This document shows, piece after piece, positions 1-14,468 of a stretch of 64,000 nucleotides of DNA. Both the position numbers and the translations under genes were made by a program. The DNA comes from Octopus vulgaris (lineage: Eukaryota), in the NCBI GenBank assembly GCA_951406725.2, contig OX597818.1:33108001-33172000 (forward strand). Direction: 5' to 3'. The notes under the pieces were generated by a model. That model had not been told where the DNA came from and ran no database searches. It saw nothing but the letters and a program-made list of their open reading frames with translations. Numbering within the stretch: position 1 is the stretch's first letter; each line of letters opens with the position of its first letter.

Positions 1-774
1 TTCATTATGATTATTTGATTTTGGAATCCTAGCACAGAATAAACAGTGATATTGCGGGCAGTAAATTAAGGTATTCATTTTCTTGGCCTTTAAAATAATA
101 CCGTTTTTCAACAGACATAAAATAATTGTCCGGTATCCAGTCATTGGGCTTGAAGTCATTGTGTTTTTCTCATAGAAAACTTAAAATAACTGCCTGTTAT
201 TTGGTCTTTCGGTTCCTTCATATCAATGGAATAAGAAAGGGCATAAGAAACGTAAAGTGTATTTCCAAACATTATAGCTCTTTTGGTAGCATTTTTATTA
301 GCCAGTGTAGATAATTTATTCAGAATATATATTCTGAAATATTTAGAAATGTTGATTTCAAATTTTGGCACCAGGCCAGCAATTTTGGGGAAGTTGGGCA
401 AGTCAGTTGCCTCAATCCCAGTGCTGAAGTGGCACATTTTTATCGACCACGAAAAGAACGAAAGGCAAAATCGATCTCCGTGGTATTTGAACTGAGAACG
501 TACAGTCGGATGAAATACTGTTATGCATTTTTACCGGCTCGGTAAACATTCTGCCAGCCCACAGCACTGATATATACAAATGTTGATATGTAATATGAGA
601 CTTTTATTGTTCTAAACAAAATATAAAGGAATAATGAAGGAATATTTAAAAATAGTCATACTCCTCGAAATCCCAAGTTACATACGCATTTGTTGCCGGA
701 GTGATATTTTTATATTTTGTAACAGCTGAGACAAGAAGGAAATTCCAGCGCCCATGATATTTCTTTATACTTTT

Positions 775-1007
775 AAGGCGGCGAGCTGGCAGAAACATTA
801 GCACGCCGGGCGAAATGTGTAGCCGTATTTAGTCTGCTGTTACGTTCTGAGTTCAAATTCCGCCGAGGTCGACTTTGCCTTTCATCCTTTCGGGGTCGAT
901 AAATTAAGTACCAGTTACGCACTGGGGTCGATTTAATCGACTTAATCCGTTTGTCTGTCCTTGTTTGTCCCCTCTGTGTTTAGCTCATTGTGGGTAGTAA
1001 AGAAATA
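775..1007 (+). mobile_element. tRNA-derived SINE, family A, full length
   Basis: A-box-like TGGCAGAAACATTAG, B-box GAGTTCAAATT, body GTCGACTTTGCCTTTCATCCTTTCGGGGTCGATAAA; 19-bp TSD GATATTTCTTTATACTTTT (756-774 / 1008-1026). Confidence 0.9.
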
Positions 1008-1599
1008 GATATTTCTTTATACTTTTTTCAGTGCTTCCCCACAAGTTTGTGGTAAGAATGGTACTAGTTATACTCGAGCCAGAGCCCGGTCTGGATATTT
1101 GTAAGAGAGTCAACAACGTTAAACGAAGCCCTCCGGTGCTAAACCCGTCGATTGATTAACTATATCAATTCAATAACTCCAAATACAAAGAAACGGAATA
1201 AATACCGAATAATATTTCGCCTGGTGCTCTAACATTTCAGCCAAAACAATACTATTGATAAGAAGATTACTTTATGAACTCCGGACCCCAAAAAGGAAAA
1301 ATTGAACTTTGCGTGATTTGAACTCAGAACTGGACGTCGTTTTGTCCTACTCTCTAACAATTCTGCCAAACCGTTTAGAAACAGATTTGAAAACATTAAT
1401 GTAGACGTGAGCTACTGTCACCAAAAGAATTTAGTTATCATCGACTGAGACAACTACAAAACTGTTGTCAATTAGCAGTAGCAGCATCAAAGCAGCAACG
1501 CAAAAGCAACATTGCAGCAACGGTAACTCGGTGGCATCGGCACCAGTGGATGCAGTGGAGCGGTGGCTATGGCGACAGTGATGAACTGGAGTCAGCCGT

Positions 1600-2310
1600 T
1601 TGGCGTGGGTGACGGTGACGCTGGCGAGCGAGCGGCAGCGGCGAGACGGAGGTGGTGGTGGCGGTGGTGGTGGTGGCGGCGGCGGGCGAGTGGTGGTGGT
1701 GGTGGTGGTGGTGGTGGTGGAGATGGTAGTGGTGTTGATGGTGGTGAAGGTGGTGATGGTGGTGGTGATGGTGGTTGTGGTGGTGGTGGTGGTGGCGGCG
1801 GGTGGTGGTGGTGGTGGTGATGGTGGTGGCGGCGGGGGTAGTGGTGGTGGTGGTGGTGGTGGTGATGGTGGTGAAGGTGGTGATGGTGGTGGTGATAGTG
1901 ACTATTGTGGTGGTGATGGGGGTTGTGTTGGTGGTGGTGGTGGCGGTGGCGGTGGTGGTGGTGGTGGTGGTTTGCGACTATTGGCAGATAGATTGTGGTA
2001 ATATGTGGTAGAGATAGTGATGCTGTGGTAGAATGATCGAAACTGCAGAAGAAGGAAGATTTCATGAAAGACGAAAACGGGGGTGGGGGAGAAAATAAGG
2101 AAATGAAGAAAGAGAAGGAGGAAGAGGAGGAGGAGGATGAGGAGGAAGAGGTAGTGGAGGTGGAAAAGAAGGAGTAGGTGGAAAGGAGACAGGAGGAGGA
2201 GAGGACGAAGAAGAAGTAGAAGAAGAAGAAGAAGAGGAAGGAGAGGAAGAAGAAGAAGAAGAAACAGAGCAACAACAACAACAACAGCTGCAGCAGCAGC
2301 AGCAGCAGCA
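1600..2310 (+). repeat. (GGT)n, then (GAA/GAG)n and (CAA/CAG)n low-complexity tract
   Basis: Direct reading of the sequence. Confidence 0.95.
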
Positions 2311-2481
2311 AAATCGGATCTTCGGAGAAATCTGTTAATGCACGAGTGTATATAGTTTTATATGTGATAATTTGCGCTTCTAATGTGCGACTGTCCGTGT
2401 GTGCGCTCTCTGGTGTGTTGATAAATACGCACACACGCGCACAAGCATAAATATATAGATTCACCTAAAGATGCACACACA

Positions 2482-2534
<53 letters not shown>

Positions 2535-2681
2535 CAAGAGAGCGAGAGAGAGAGAGAAAAATATATATGTGTGTGTAATATACATATATATATATGAATA
2601 TATACACTTATATAAATGCATATATGTACATAAATGCATATATACATAATATATATATATGTATAGATATGTATATATATG

Positions 2682-2749
<68 letters not shown>

Positions 2750-2974
2750 TATTTATGTGTATATATATATATATATATATATGCATATATATATATTTGC
2801 AGGTATGTATCAGTATGCATGTACGCCCGCACGCACACCTTCATGTACACACACACATATGCATACGCAGGAATAGATAACAAGAACTGATTTATAATAT
2901 GTCTCTCTATAGAAAACCATCTTTTTTCCTCTTACTCCGAAGAACGTCAGTAAAATATTGCAGTCGTTGCCAAA

Positions 2975-3102
2975 TCGCCGTCGTCGCCTTCTTCTTCTTC
3001 TTCTTCTTCTTCTTCTTCTTCTTCTTCTTCTTCTTCTTCTTCTTCTTCTTCTTCTTCTTCTTCTTCTTCTTCTTCTTCTTCTTCTTCTTCTTCTCCTTCT
3101 TC

Positions 3103-3134
<32 letters not shown>

Positions 3135-3750
3135 CTTCTTCTTCTTCTTCTTCTTCTTCTTCTCCTCCTCCTCCTTCTTTTTCTTCTTCTACTATTTCTT
3201 CTTGTTCGTCTTCTTCGTCTTCTTTTTTCTTCTTCTTGTTCTTTTTTCTCCTCCTCCTCCTCCTCCTCCTCCTCCTTCTTCTTCTTTTTCTTCTTCTTCT
3301 TCTTATTATTATTTTTCTTCTTCTTCTTCTTCGTCTTCTTCTTCTTCTCCCCCCCCTTCTTCTTGTTCTTGTTGTTGGTGTTGTTCTTTTTTTTCTTCTT
3401 CATTACTGTCGTCCTTGTCGCTATCACAATCATCATAATCATCGTCATCGTCATCGTCGCCGTAGTCGCCTTAACCGTCGCCGTTGTCATCATCGTCGTC
3501 GTCGGCACCATCATCATCAACATCAGCATCATCATCATCATCATGAATGCCATCATCATCACCCTCCGTCTACTCGTCCTAATCCTTCCCATACCTCATT
3601 TACTATCTCCTACTTGCACCACTACCATCAATAACAACCACATCACTACCTCCTCCTCCTCTTCAAAGCCTCCTTCTCTTCCTTCCCCATCCTTTATCTC
3701 TTTCTCCACTCCACCTCCTCCTCCTCCTCCTCCTCTGCCTCTTCCACCTG
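2975..3750 (+). repeat. (CTT)n, (CCT)n and (CAT/CGT)n low-complexity tract
   Basis: Direct reading of the sequence. Confidence 0.95.
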
Positions 3751-4204
3751 CTCCCATAATCTACTACTGCTATTGCTGTTGCTTTCTCTTGCAGCATGGT
3801 TGAAAAATGATTGCAAGGAATCTTCAGTAGTAATGAAGCTTAAATGTAAGTTCATCCAAGACAAGAGAAGACAAAAACGAGAACAGTCCAGCGGCAACAA
3901 ACAGGAGGAGAGGTTGCCATGGAATTTCCTGTGCAGGTAATCGATATTGCAGCTAGGAATCACTTTGAACGTACGTTACATTATAAGAACAGCTACTCAT
4001 TTCGAACGGGATTTGCGTGTAGAAGTATTTTCACCCCAAAAATCTGTTCAAGATCCTTCCATTTAAAACACAATTTTAGAAACTAAGCCGCCATTACAGT
4101 AGAAGGAAAGAAAGAAAGAGAAAGGATAGTGATCATATAATCATATGATGTTTATGTGTGTGCATATATATATATATATATACATACATATGTATATATA
4201 TATG

Positions 4205-4246
<42 letters not shown>

Positions 4247-4293
4247 CATATATATATATACATATATACATATGCATGTATACATGTATCTAT

Positions 4294-4327
<34 letters not shown>

Positions 4328-4629
4328 GTATATACATATATATTCATACATACATATATATACGTTATATATGTAGGGATGTAAGTATGTATCTATGTAT
4401 AACTCTTTTCATTGTTTCTTTCTCTCTCTATTTCACTGTATAGACATTCCCTCATCATTCACAAACGCAATCTCACTCTTTCTCTTCTCTCTCTCTCCCT
4501 GTGTCCCCCTCTCTCCCTCTACACTCACACACATACATACATACAGACAGACAGACAGACAGAAAGACATACAGACATACTCATATAAGCACATGCACAC
4601 AGCATACGAGTTTGTATCAGAATGCTAAA

Positions 4630-5400
4630 AGTGTTACCCTCTCATTCGAAACGGCATTATTTGAAGCGCAGGTATCTATATCAGTTTGTAATCATAACAC
4701 AAAACAACCTGTGTTTGAATTTCGTCTGGTGTATCGAAGGGAGACCCATCTATTTCAAATACATTTTCTGAAACTGAAGTCACGGCAGAACATTTCAAGC
4801 CCAACAAAAGTTGTTAACGACGTCTGAAGCATGTTCAGATTTTCCTGGAGAATAATTAAGCAATCTCCGCATATGAGTCCAACCACATGAAAGAAGAAAT
4901 TCATTCTTTGACAGTGGGAACTAAGATTGGTTTCACGTATTCTTTTCATTATCTCGCCACTGATCACTTTGAATGTTTATGATCCACATAGAAACGAAAC
5001 TTAATTGTTCGTGTAACAAACGTGCATCACAAGAACACGTACTCTACTTGAATTTCACCGGTCAAAGCATCTCAAAAAATTTCTGTCAAACATTTACAGA
5101 GCATTATGTAGAACTTTATTCTGATTCGTTCCTGCAGAAATTAATGACCATCTCGGGAACCCAGTTTCCACAAACACTGTTATCACCGCCATATATATCA
5201 TAGAACCGTTTTAACAAAACGTTAAAATGCTTTGAGTAGACAGAATAAATCTTTTATTGCAGGCTAAGCTTTTAGTTTGACCATCAATGAACGTCAGCAT
5301 TGGTCGCATGTGCGTTGAGTATTATATTGGCAGAGCTCCACTAATCACATTTTTTCTCGTGACAATGCGCCCGCGCATGTATGTTTGTGTATGTGTATGT
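4630..5400 (-). mobile_element. Highly decayed mariner-like relic
   Basis: Minus strand near 5150-5190 reads 'VCGNWVPEM' (compare VCARWVP), with 'SGEIM' downstream. Boundaries uncertain. Confidence 0.4.
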
Positions 5401-6304
5401 ACATGTTCGTGTGCCGATGTGCCGATGAATGAGAGAAATTCATTAATTTTCATCATTATGTGAATTCAAGGATTGTCACTCGTTCAAGTCTGAATGTTTT
5501 GCTGCATCAGAAAACACACGATTTATGCTGTTGCTGACCGCCTGAAGGTTTTCATAATTCATTTCAGTTGTTACTGCACGTGCAAACAAGAAATTTGCGA
5601 CTGGTTCAAAGCAGCAGCCATACCTACTTTAATTCATACTTTACCGCCTAAATTTCATAAGTTTGTTTAATCACTTAATCGGGGTTGGTCCTTAATAATT
5701 CTACAACTTTTTAATATATATATATTTTTGGGGGGATTATCAAGCAAGGGGGAACCTACGATTATTTTTAAGTCCCTCCGTTTAGTGGAAGGAAAGAACG
5801 ACGTTATTTTGCAACCAAAGACCGATTCCGAAATGCTTTCGGACCAGAGTCAATCCTTCCCCTGTTACTCCCGAACAATATGGTACTGTTAAACCAGATT
5901 ACAGATCCATCTGCCAACCTTTGATAGACTTGGGGTTATGATAGAAAAGTAATTTGGTGACTGAAGTGTGCCGAAATTGAAATCTAATGTAAAAGCATAT
6001 TGTTTCGTTTTGATCTTCGTTGCCTCTAATCACACATCCATACCTGCGACTGTTAAAAATTTAAATAGGATTTATACATATTTCATCATCTACTCTGTTT
6101 TCTTGTTTACAATTTTGTGCGAAGGATTGCGTAACAGTCTGATCGGTTTTTTCTTTTTCCTACTGTTGCTGCTGTTTCTCTAGTGGCATAGCAGTAAGAT
6201 TTGCTGTGTTTTCCATAAAGCTTCTGCTGCCATTGCAGCTACTGACTATTACAGCAACAAAAATATATTCACCACCGCCACAATTCTTTTTTTTTTCATA
6301 ATAC

Positions 6305-6715
6305 GTAGAAGTGGCTGTGTGGTAAGTAGCTTGCTTACAAACCACATACTTTCGGGCCCAGTCCCACTGCGTGGCACCTTGGGCAAGTGTCTTCTACTAT
6401 TGCCTCGGGCCGACCAAAGCCTTGTGAGTGGATTTGGTGGACGGAAACTGAAAGAAGCCCGTCTTGTATAAATATATATATTGTATGTATGTGTGTGTAT
6501 GTATTTGTGTGTCTGTGTCCCCCACCAACATCGCTTGACAACCGATGTTGGTGTGTTTATGTCTCAGTAACGTAGCGATTCGGAAAAAGAGACCGTTAGA
6601 ATAAGTACTAGGCTTACAAAGAATAAGTCCTGGGGTCGATTTGTTCGAATAAAGGCGGTGCTCCATCATGGCCACAATCAAATTACTGAAACATGTGAAA
6701 AAGTAAAGAGTAATA
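6305..6715 (+). mobile_element. tRNA-derived SINE, family B (internal microsatellite, LINE-like tail)
   Basis: GTGGCTGTGTGGTAAG head, CTTGGGCAAGTGTCTT central part, internal (TA/TG)n, tail GGCGGTGCTCCA.CATGGCC. Confidence 0.88.
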
Positions 6716-7876
6716 CAGTAAATATACATAAAGTGCTTGTAAAATTATAATCAATAAACGATAACAATTAAAGATTCAAAATTTTGACACGAGGTCAGAA
6801 GCTTTTGAGGGTTGGAAATCTTTTAAAATGATGTCAGTACTTGACTGGTACGTATTCTAACGACCCTCGTTTACAAGTGGTATAAAGTGACATAAAGTGA
6901 AGTCTACCTAGGTGGAATTTGAACTTGAAACGAAATACCACTAAGTATTTTGATTGTCGTACAAACGGTTGTGCCAGCTCGCTGCGTTGAAAAATCATAA
7001 ACAAATTATGGAATAACAAAGCAAACGCCATCAAAAACTACGAAATAGCAAAATACTATTAATAAGAATGAAATTTTGTAAAAGAATATTGAGAACATAT
7101 CTACTACTAATAAAATATACTAGAGATCACTAATTATGTATTTAGATAATTACAGTTAATTAGATAGTTGTTTTATATAATTAATGGCTTCTAACACAGG
7201 GAGAAATAATTTAGAAAAGATCATATTTGATTAATTGAACTCCAATAGTTAGAGCACATTTTAAGTTATCGACATGCGACAGGTGCAAATCAACAATACA
7301 TACGTCGAGATTTGAAGTCTTATGAAAGAAATCTAACGAAGAAAGCTCAGCATTTTATACTCGTCTCCACCGATTCTGCTAAATACCATTCTCAATTTCC
7401 CCGAAGGTACAAACACATACATTTTTATTAAGGAAATATTCGGAGGATTTATTTAAACTCCGGCACAGCACGAATAATTTTCATTTCACAGCAAGACAAC
7501 AAACACACTCCAACCACACTTCAACTATACCTTACTATTACAAATATTTTAAATTGCATGCTTTATTGGCCTATAAGTAATATTTTTACGGTTGTCAATC
7601 TCACTAATATGCACATCAACAAATCCGCTGTGAGTTAAGTCGGATTATGTAGATTGCTATAAGCTAATTCCTCGCAGCATCATAACAGCGGATTCAACGG
7701 ACTCTGGCGTGAAATTAAGAAAAACTGAATTTGTGCAATTAGTCTCATGTGAGAATAGTGGTGCCTAAATATTGACATATACTTCATCATTATTAATTAT
7801 TCACCATACATACATACATACATACATACATACATACATACGTACGTACATACATACATGCGTGCATGCATACATG

Positions 7877-7951
<75 letters not shown>

Positions 7952-8271
7952 GTGATTGTGTGTTGTGTCAGTGATTGTCCCACCACTACAGCTTAGCAAC
8001 CGTTGTCGTGTGTTTGCATCCCTGTAACATTGCGGTTCGGCAGAAGAACCTATAAAATAAGTACCAGGCTGAAGAAATAATTACTGGAGTTGATTCATTC
8101 GACTAAAAATTCAAGGAGTGCCCCAACATGACCGCAGCATAATGACTGAAGTAAAAAATAAATATAAAAGATATGTACATTCATATATATATGTATACAT
8201 GTATGTATGTATATATGTAAATATATATATGTGTGTGTGTGTGTGTGCATATGTATATATATATATGTATG

Positions 8272-8309
<38 letters not shown>

Positions 8310-9742
8310 TACATACATACATGTATGTATATATATATATATATATAAAACTTACTTGGAAAAGGATGCGTGGCGTTCGATCATATGATAATATAAATAA
8401 TGATATATAAATATATGCATATATACATACATATATGTACATACTTACATATAGATGTATATATACATGCATATATGGGTACAGGACATCAAAACAGAAG
8501 TTGAACACAATGGGAAACGAAAGCAAAAACATAGAAGGGGATTTTTTCGAACAACGAAAAAGAAACAAAGAAGCAGAGAAACGAGACATACAACATAAAT
8601 AATATTCCCCTTCTTTAGTTGTCCCGCTTTCAACTACTCCACGACTCGAAGGCAAGGACAAGATGCGACTTCGTTGAAACAGTCATTCCCGCAAAGCAAA
8701 TTAAATAAAATTTTGAATTTTTTGCGGAGGGTGAAAGTCGTAACAAGAACAGTACAGTGAGAACGTAACAGTACCAATCTTACAAAAGGAATGAATCCTG
8801 GGGTTGATTTGTTCGACGAAAGGTGGTGCTCCAGCATCGCCGAAGTCACGTGACTTAAACAAGTAAAACAATAGAAAAATATATATCTGCTAGCAATATA
8901 TAATATGTGCAAGCTAATACTTAGAATAAAAACAGGAACAAAAGAATATAATTAGCGATAAGAAAATTTTAACTAAGGCAAACCCTACAGAATTCTGAAT
9001 TAAAAATTAATACGCATCTAACTAAAGAATAGCGACGCGCTGCCTTCTTCATGGTAGGTATCTGGTAGGCGATGTAATATATGAATGCAACATAATAACG
9101 ATAACGCTAGATAACAACATATATTACATTAGTTCTAAATCAGATACATTTAAGTGCCGTTATATCATGCATCGACACACTTTTAGTAACAACATTATGT
9201 AAGACAACTTTACTAGTCGATGATATTTGGGCAACAGTATAAAAAAATATTGGTTTTTGGCTGTAATAGAATATCATTGCAACAGCGCCCCCACACATAG
9301 GAAATCAAAATGATTATAGGCTTTGTACAATTGAAGGATTGAATAGAATTCTAGCTTAATATATGTCTATCTGATAAGAATACTATTTAAAAGAACTGCC
9401 GTGATATCCTGCTAACATAAATTCTTCAAATCTTCCGGTTTTTATGGTAATAATTTCAGGTAAATGGTTATTTAAAATAAGATGAACCAGTCAGCAGTAA
9501 TTCAGTCACGAAATGGAAGCTTCAGCTGCAGGAAGTGAATAATTGAATAGTATGATTTTTTTTCCATTTGATTGAAGCATATGCTCATGACCAAACAAGA
9601 ATGCATGAAAACAGGTGCATGTTGTGATGTTACATGCATATGTGAGCTTGTGTTTGTGTATGTGTCTGTGTGTGTGCGCGTGAGTGTGCTTCTTGGTATC
9701 TACATATGAAAATATATACGTACATTGATATATATTCACTTA

Positions 9743-10971
9743 CGGGAGTTGGACAAAATAATGTATACACCTTAAAATTTCAAACAAATTTATTTTAAGA
9801 TGAGATAGGACTTCCTTTGGCAGTAATTTCAGCTTCAATTCTACGAGGTATGGACTCGTACAAAGTTTGAATTGCATCCAAAGGAATTTTAGTCCATTCT
9901 TCAGCTAAAACAGTCTCCATTTCTCGTAGTGATGATGGTGGGGAATATCGATTCTTTATTTGTTTTTCTAAAATGTACCATGAATGTTCAATAATATTGA
10001 GATCTGGGGACTGTGGTGGCCAGATAAGATGTTCGACTTCACTAGAATGTTCCTCGTGCCATTCAATAACAAATTTAGCTGTGCGAATTGGTTTATTATC
10101 ATCGTGAGAGATTGCGATTCCCTCTGGAAACAGTTCCGCAAACATAGGATGAATTTGATCAGATAAATTGCTTAAATAGTCTTGACTGTTAATTCTGCCA
10201 CGAAGAGAAACCTTTGGGCCGGTGGATTTTCAAGATATAGCCCTCAAGATCATCACAGATCCTCCTGCATGTTTAAAAGTTGGAAGAAGCAGTCTGAGTC
10301 AAAAGCTTCTTTTGGCTGTCTCCACACGTATACTCGGTGGTCGGAAATAAAGTAATGGATGACTCATCCTTGAAAATAACACTCTTCCACTGCTCTAGGG
10401 ACCAATTTTGTAGGTTTTTACTCCACTCTAAACGCTTTGCAACCTTTGTTTTTGAAAATTGTGCTTTTCTCATGGAAGCCCTGCCGTGAAATCCGGCTTT
10501 GTGCGGCTCCCGGCAAACAGTTTTTGTGGTTATTAATCTCTGCAGTAATTTTGGGAACTGTAATTTTGTGATCCTTTATAATAATTCGCGTAAGAGTCCG
10601 ACGATCCCTATCTGAAAATTTTGGTTTTCTTCCAGAGATTTGTTTCGACGAGGAAGTATTTCCCTTTATCTCAAAGGCTGTCATTACTTTCGATATAGTA
10701 CTTCTTGATACACCAAACATTTCGGCTGTTTTTCGTTACGCTAGCGGCTGCCATAAGAGCGCCAACAATTTGACCGATAGATCTGTCATTTTAATGAATT
10801 TTAATTATCTTTTTCTGATGATATCTGAAAAGAAACAAGCAATTTTAGCGAAACATTATGCAATACTAATAATAAATTAAAAAAATATAAAAACAAACAG
10901 GCTTTTGACGGTTTTATAGATATTTATGATGCTATGATGCTAGGTGTTTCCATTATTTTGTCCAACCCCTG
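9743..10971 (-). mobile_element. Full-length decayed Tc1-family DNA transposon (frameshifted transposase)
   Basis: ~30-bp TIRs CGGGAGTTGGACAAAATAATGTATACACCT / AGGTGTTTCCATTATTTTGTCCAACCCCTG, with TA on both sides (9741-42, 10972-73). Minus-strand pieces: HTH 'FGVSRSTISKV..SGRKPK..DRDRRTL', 'WKSVIFKDES', 'WPPQSPDLNIIEH..W', 'LYESIPRRIEA'. Confidence 0.93.
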
Positions 10972-11224
10972 TATATATTTATATACATATGTATATACTT
11001 ATAATTACATAAATCCTAAAGTATTCAAATCCTCAAGTATTCCTCACACTCTGTATAATTATATAATTACATAATTAAAGTGTGAGGAGGACATGAGGAT
11101 TTGAGCACACTTAATTATATGTAAATTTTTCTGTTCAATCCAATTCATAAGTTTTTATTTCTTTCATATTCTTCATTGTAAAACTAACACTAAGAAAAAA
11201 AAAATGAAAAATATGCAATAAGTT

Positions 11225-12060
11225 GTGCCAGTTTCATCCAAAACTGAAATTAAACTTACAGGGTACACCGATCCACAGGGAATTTCAATCCCAGAGCCTA
11301 AGTCAGTGAGGAATCTGGGTATCGACATGAGTGATGATACCAAGTGCACATTACCAGGATGGCGACAAAGTGTAAACGACTGGCTGGATGGATCCTAAGA
11401 ACATTCACAACCAGAGATAAGGAAACCATGATGGTCCTCTGGCGGACATTCTTCCTCAGCCGCCTGGATTACTACTCACAGCTATGGTGACCCACCAGTG
11501 TGAAATTAACTGCGGAACATGAAGCAATCCAGAGAAGATTCACAAAGAATATCATCTCTAGGGAACAGCTCAGCTACTGGGAAAGGTTAAAACAGCTAAG
11601 ACTCTACTCCCTGGAGAGAAGACAGAAGAGGTATGCAGCAATATATATCTGGAAGATCCTGGAAGGAATTGTACCAAATTTTGGCATTGAAAGCTACACC
11701 AATGCCAGAACGGGACGACACTGCATAGTGCCAAAGATCCCAGCAACGCCATCACGCTTCAGGATCAGTTACTGCAACAGTCTGGGTTTCAAGGGCCCAC
11801 AGCTTTTTAATATTCTCCCAAAGAGTCTGAGAAGCTTGCACAAAGTAGATGTAGGGTTTTTAAAATGAAAGGTGGATCTCTTCCTGTCGAGTGTCCCAGA
11901 GGAACCAACCTCACGGCAAGAGGTGCAAATTAGGATAGCTATATCAAACTCCATTCTTCACCAAGTGCCACATATTAGAGGAGGCTCTTACTAATAACAA
12001 TGTAGCAAAACGGCGGTGCATGAGCATGGCCGCAACTCTGAGCTGAAATTAGAGAGAAAA
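11225..12060 (+). mobile_element. 3' fragment of the same CR1/L2-group LINE family
   Basis: 'QRRFTK..LSYWERLKQLRLYSLERR', highly similar to the reverse complement of 51240-52050; ends in the GGCGGTGC..GCATGGCCGCA tail. Confidence 0.9.
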
Positions 12061-12129
12061 AATTGTGCGGAATACAGTGATTTTAGAAGATGCTAACTTT
12101 TCAAATTTGAAATATCTTTTACACTTAAA

Positions 12130-12780
12130 GCACGAATGGAAGTGGAAACTTCTGGTGAGAATGTTCCAACAGTATCGAATAGAAAAGAAAACATGCTAAA
12201 CGTCCGGACACGAGAATTCATTGAACGGAATTGAAACATCGACGACGATTCCAGAAATTCAATGATGGCCGTCGCAAAAGAACTTTAGGTTTCAGAGTGA
12301 GCTATCCGAACTGTAGTACACGGAAACACTCGATACACGTCGCTTGTACTGGGGAGGGGCCAATTCATGTCTACAAAGACACAAGAAAACCGCTTGATCC
12401 ATGCCAAATGTTTATTTAAGAAGGTTGAAAATCCTCAAGAACACGACATTCTTTGGCTCTTCTCTGATGAGAATAGGTTTTTGACCAAGACGAAATGTAT
12501 AACAGGATAAATAAATGTTAATTACGTGAAGAGATTTCTGGTGTCCCAGATGCATGCACACTAACTTTCCCGCAACTATAATGGTTTTTGGAGTGGTGAG
12601 TAACGGTTATGTCAAATTACATAAGAGTCTTATAATTAATATTACTGCATACGCTGTGCTGGCAACATACCGCCTTCAAACTTGGAATGATTCAAATTCA
12701 TTGGGTAACTTACAAATGGATCCTACACGGTGTTTAGATATTTAGAAATATAACGCAAAGAAATCGATAGATTATTTTGC
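12130..12780 (+). mobile_element. Decayed Tc1/mariner-superfamily (maT-like) transposase fragment
   Basis: 'LFSDE..FDQD' (12455-12492) and 'MHTNFPATIMVFGVVSN' resemble catalytic-domain motifs; heavily mutated. Confidence 0.55.
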
Positions 12781-13299
12781 AACACTTCTGTGGTAGGTGT
12801 TAGGAAAACCGTAAGCTTTTCTCAGAGAGGTCACCAATCCCGAACGGGCTACAATAAAAACAGTAATGGTAAGATGGTTATATAAAACTTGGTAACAGAT
12901 CAAGGTTATCATCGGACATCTTTGTCACATATCATACTGTTGCTTTTATGAAGAGTTAACAATGTCTGTTCGTATCAAGCCTGCTCTCAATATATTCCTA
13001 ATATTCAATAACAATGATTTTATGGATGATTTAACACGTTTTATTTTCCTTTTAATGTTTTCCTACACAGTCCTTTTTTGTGTCAGTTTTAATAATTTAT
13101 ATGTAAGCGTGTGCACACGTTTGTGTATGTGTGCGTGTATATATATATATATCGAGAGAGAGAGAGATATACACATACCCACATATATGGACATATACGT
13201 TTGTATGTATGCATATATATATATATATATATATATATACTTACATAACAGGAATATATGATACATATATAATCAATGTTTATATATATAGTTGTTATG

Positions 13300-13354
<55 letters not shown>

Positions 13355-13912
13355 CTGTATATGTGTGTGTGTGTGCGTGTGTGCGTGTGTACGTGTGTAT
13401 CAACAGCTTCTGCTCTAACAAGTCTCCATTAGCTATTGAATATCAACTTTTGATCATAACAACAGTATCACAAATTCAAAATACAAAAACATACCCAGTT
13501 AACTACGTCTTCCAATTTCTCCGTTTCAATCATATCTATGTAACTATGCATGTGCATACACACAGACGCACACACACACACACACATATACAAGCACACA
13601 CACACACACACATACACACACACACAGACTCTCTCTCTGTCTATCTCTCTCTTTCACTCTCTATCCTCTCCCTCAGTATTTAAATTTATGTCTACGTGTC
13701 TATCGATTGCTTTTTGTAATACAATATTCGCATCAGCGGTGTTATTACACGGGTTATTAGTGAAGATAATGTACAGTGATATGACATTAAACAGCGACTA
13801 ATAATGTTCTGTGGTATACAATTGAAAATTTTAATGAGATTTTAACGAGCTTGAAAACTTAAAAATTGAAAATACCTATTCAACTGTTCAACTGAACACA
13901 CGTATACACTCA

Positions 13913-13968
<56 letters not shown>

Positions 13969-14148
13969 ATATGTATGTATGTATGTATGTGTGTGTATGT
14001 ATATACCCCCAACATATATATGTATATATATCGTGTGTGTGTGTCTGCGGGTAGTTTCATAACAAAGCGATATTTTGAGTATATGATCGAAATCCGATAC
14101 AAATCTAAAAAAAAACATTGCAATACATGAAATGATGAGGGTATAATC

Positions 14149-14437
14149 AAAGAAGAAGAAGAAGAAGAAGAAGAAGAAGAAGAAGAAGAAGAAGAAGAAG
14201 AAGAAGAAGAAGAAGAAGAAGAAGAAGAAGAAGAAGGAGAAGAAGAAAAGAAGGAAGAGAAGAAGGAGAAGAAGCAGGAGAAGAAGGAGAAAAGAAGGAG
14301 GTGGAGAAGAAGAAAAAGGAGAAGAAGGAGGAGAAGAGGAAGAAGAAGAAGAGGAAGAAGGCGAAGAAGAAGAAGAAGAAAAAGAAGAAGAAGGCGAAGA
14401 AGAAGAAGAAATGAAGAAGGAGGAGACGGAGAAGAAG

Positions 14438-14467
<30 letters not shown>
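14149..14467 (+). repeat. (GAA)n polypurine tract
   Basis: Direct reading of the sequence. Confidence 0.95.

Positions 14468-14468
<1 letters not shown>

Noticed and set aside
1563-3803. Long ORFs rich in poly-G/H/P/L/R/F (e.g. 1592-2464, 2810-3592, 2958-3803)
   Set aside because: They are translations of triplet microsatellites, open in several frames and on both strands, with no domain content.
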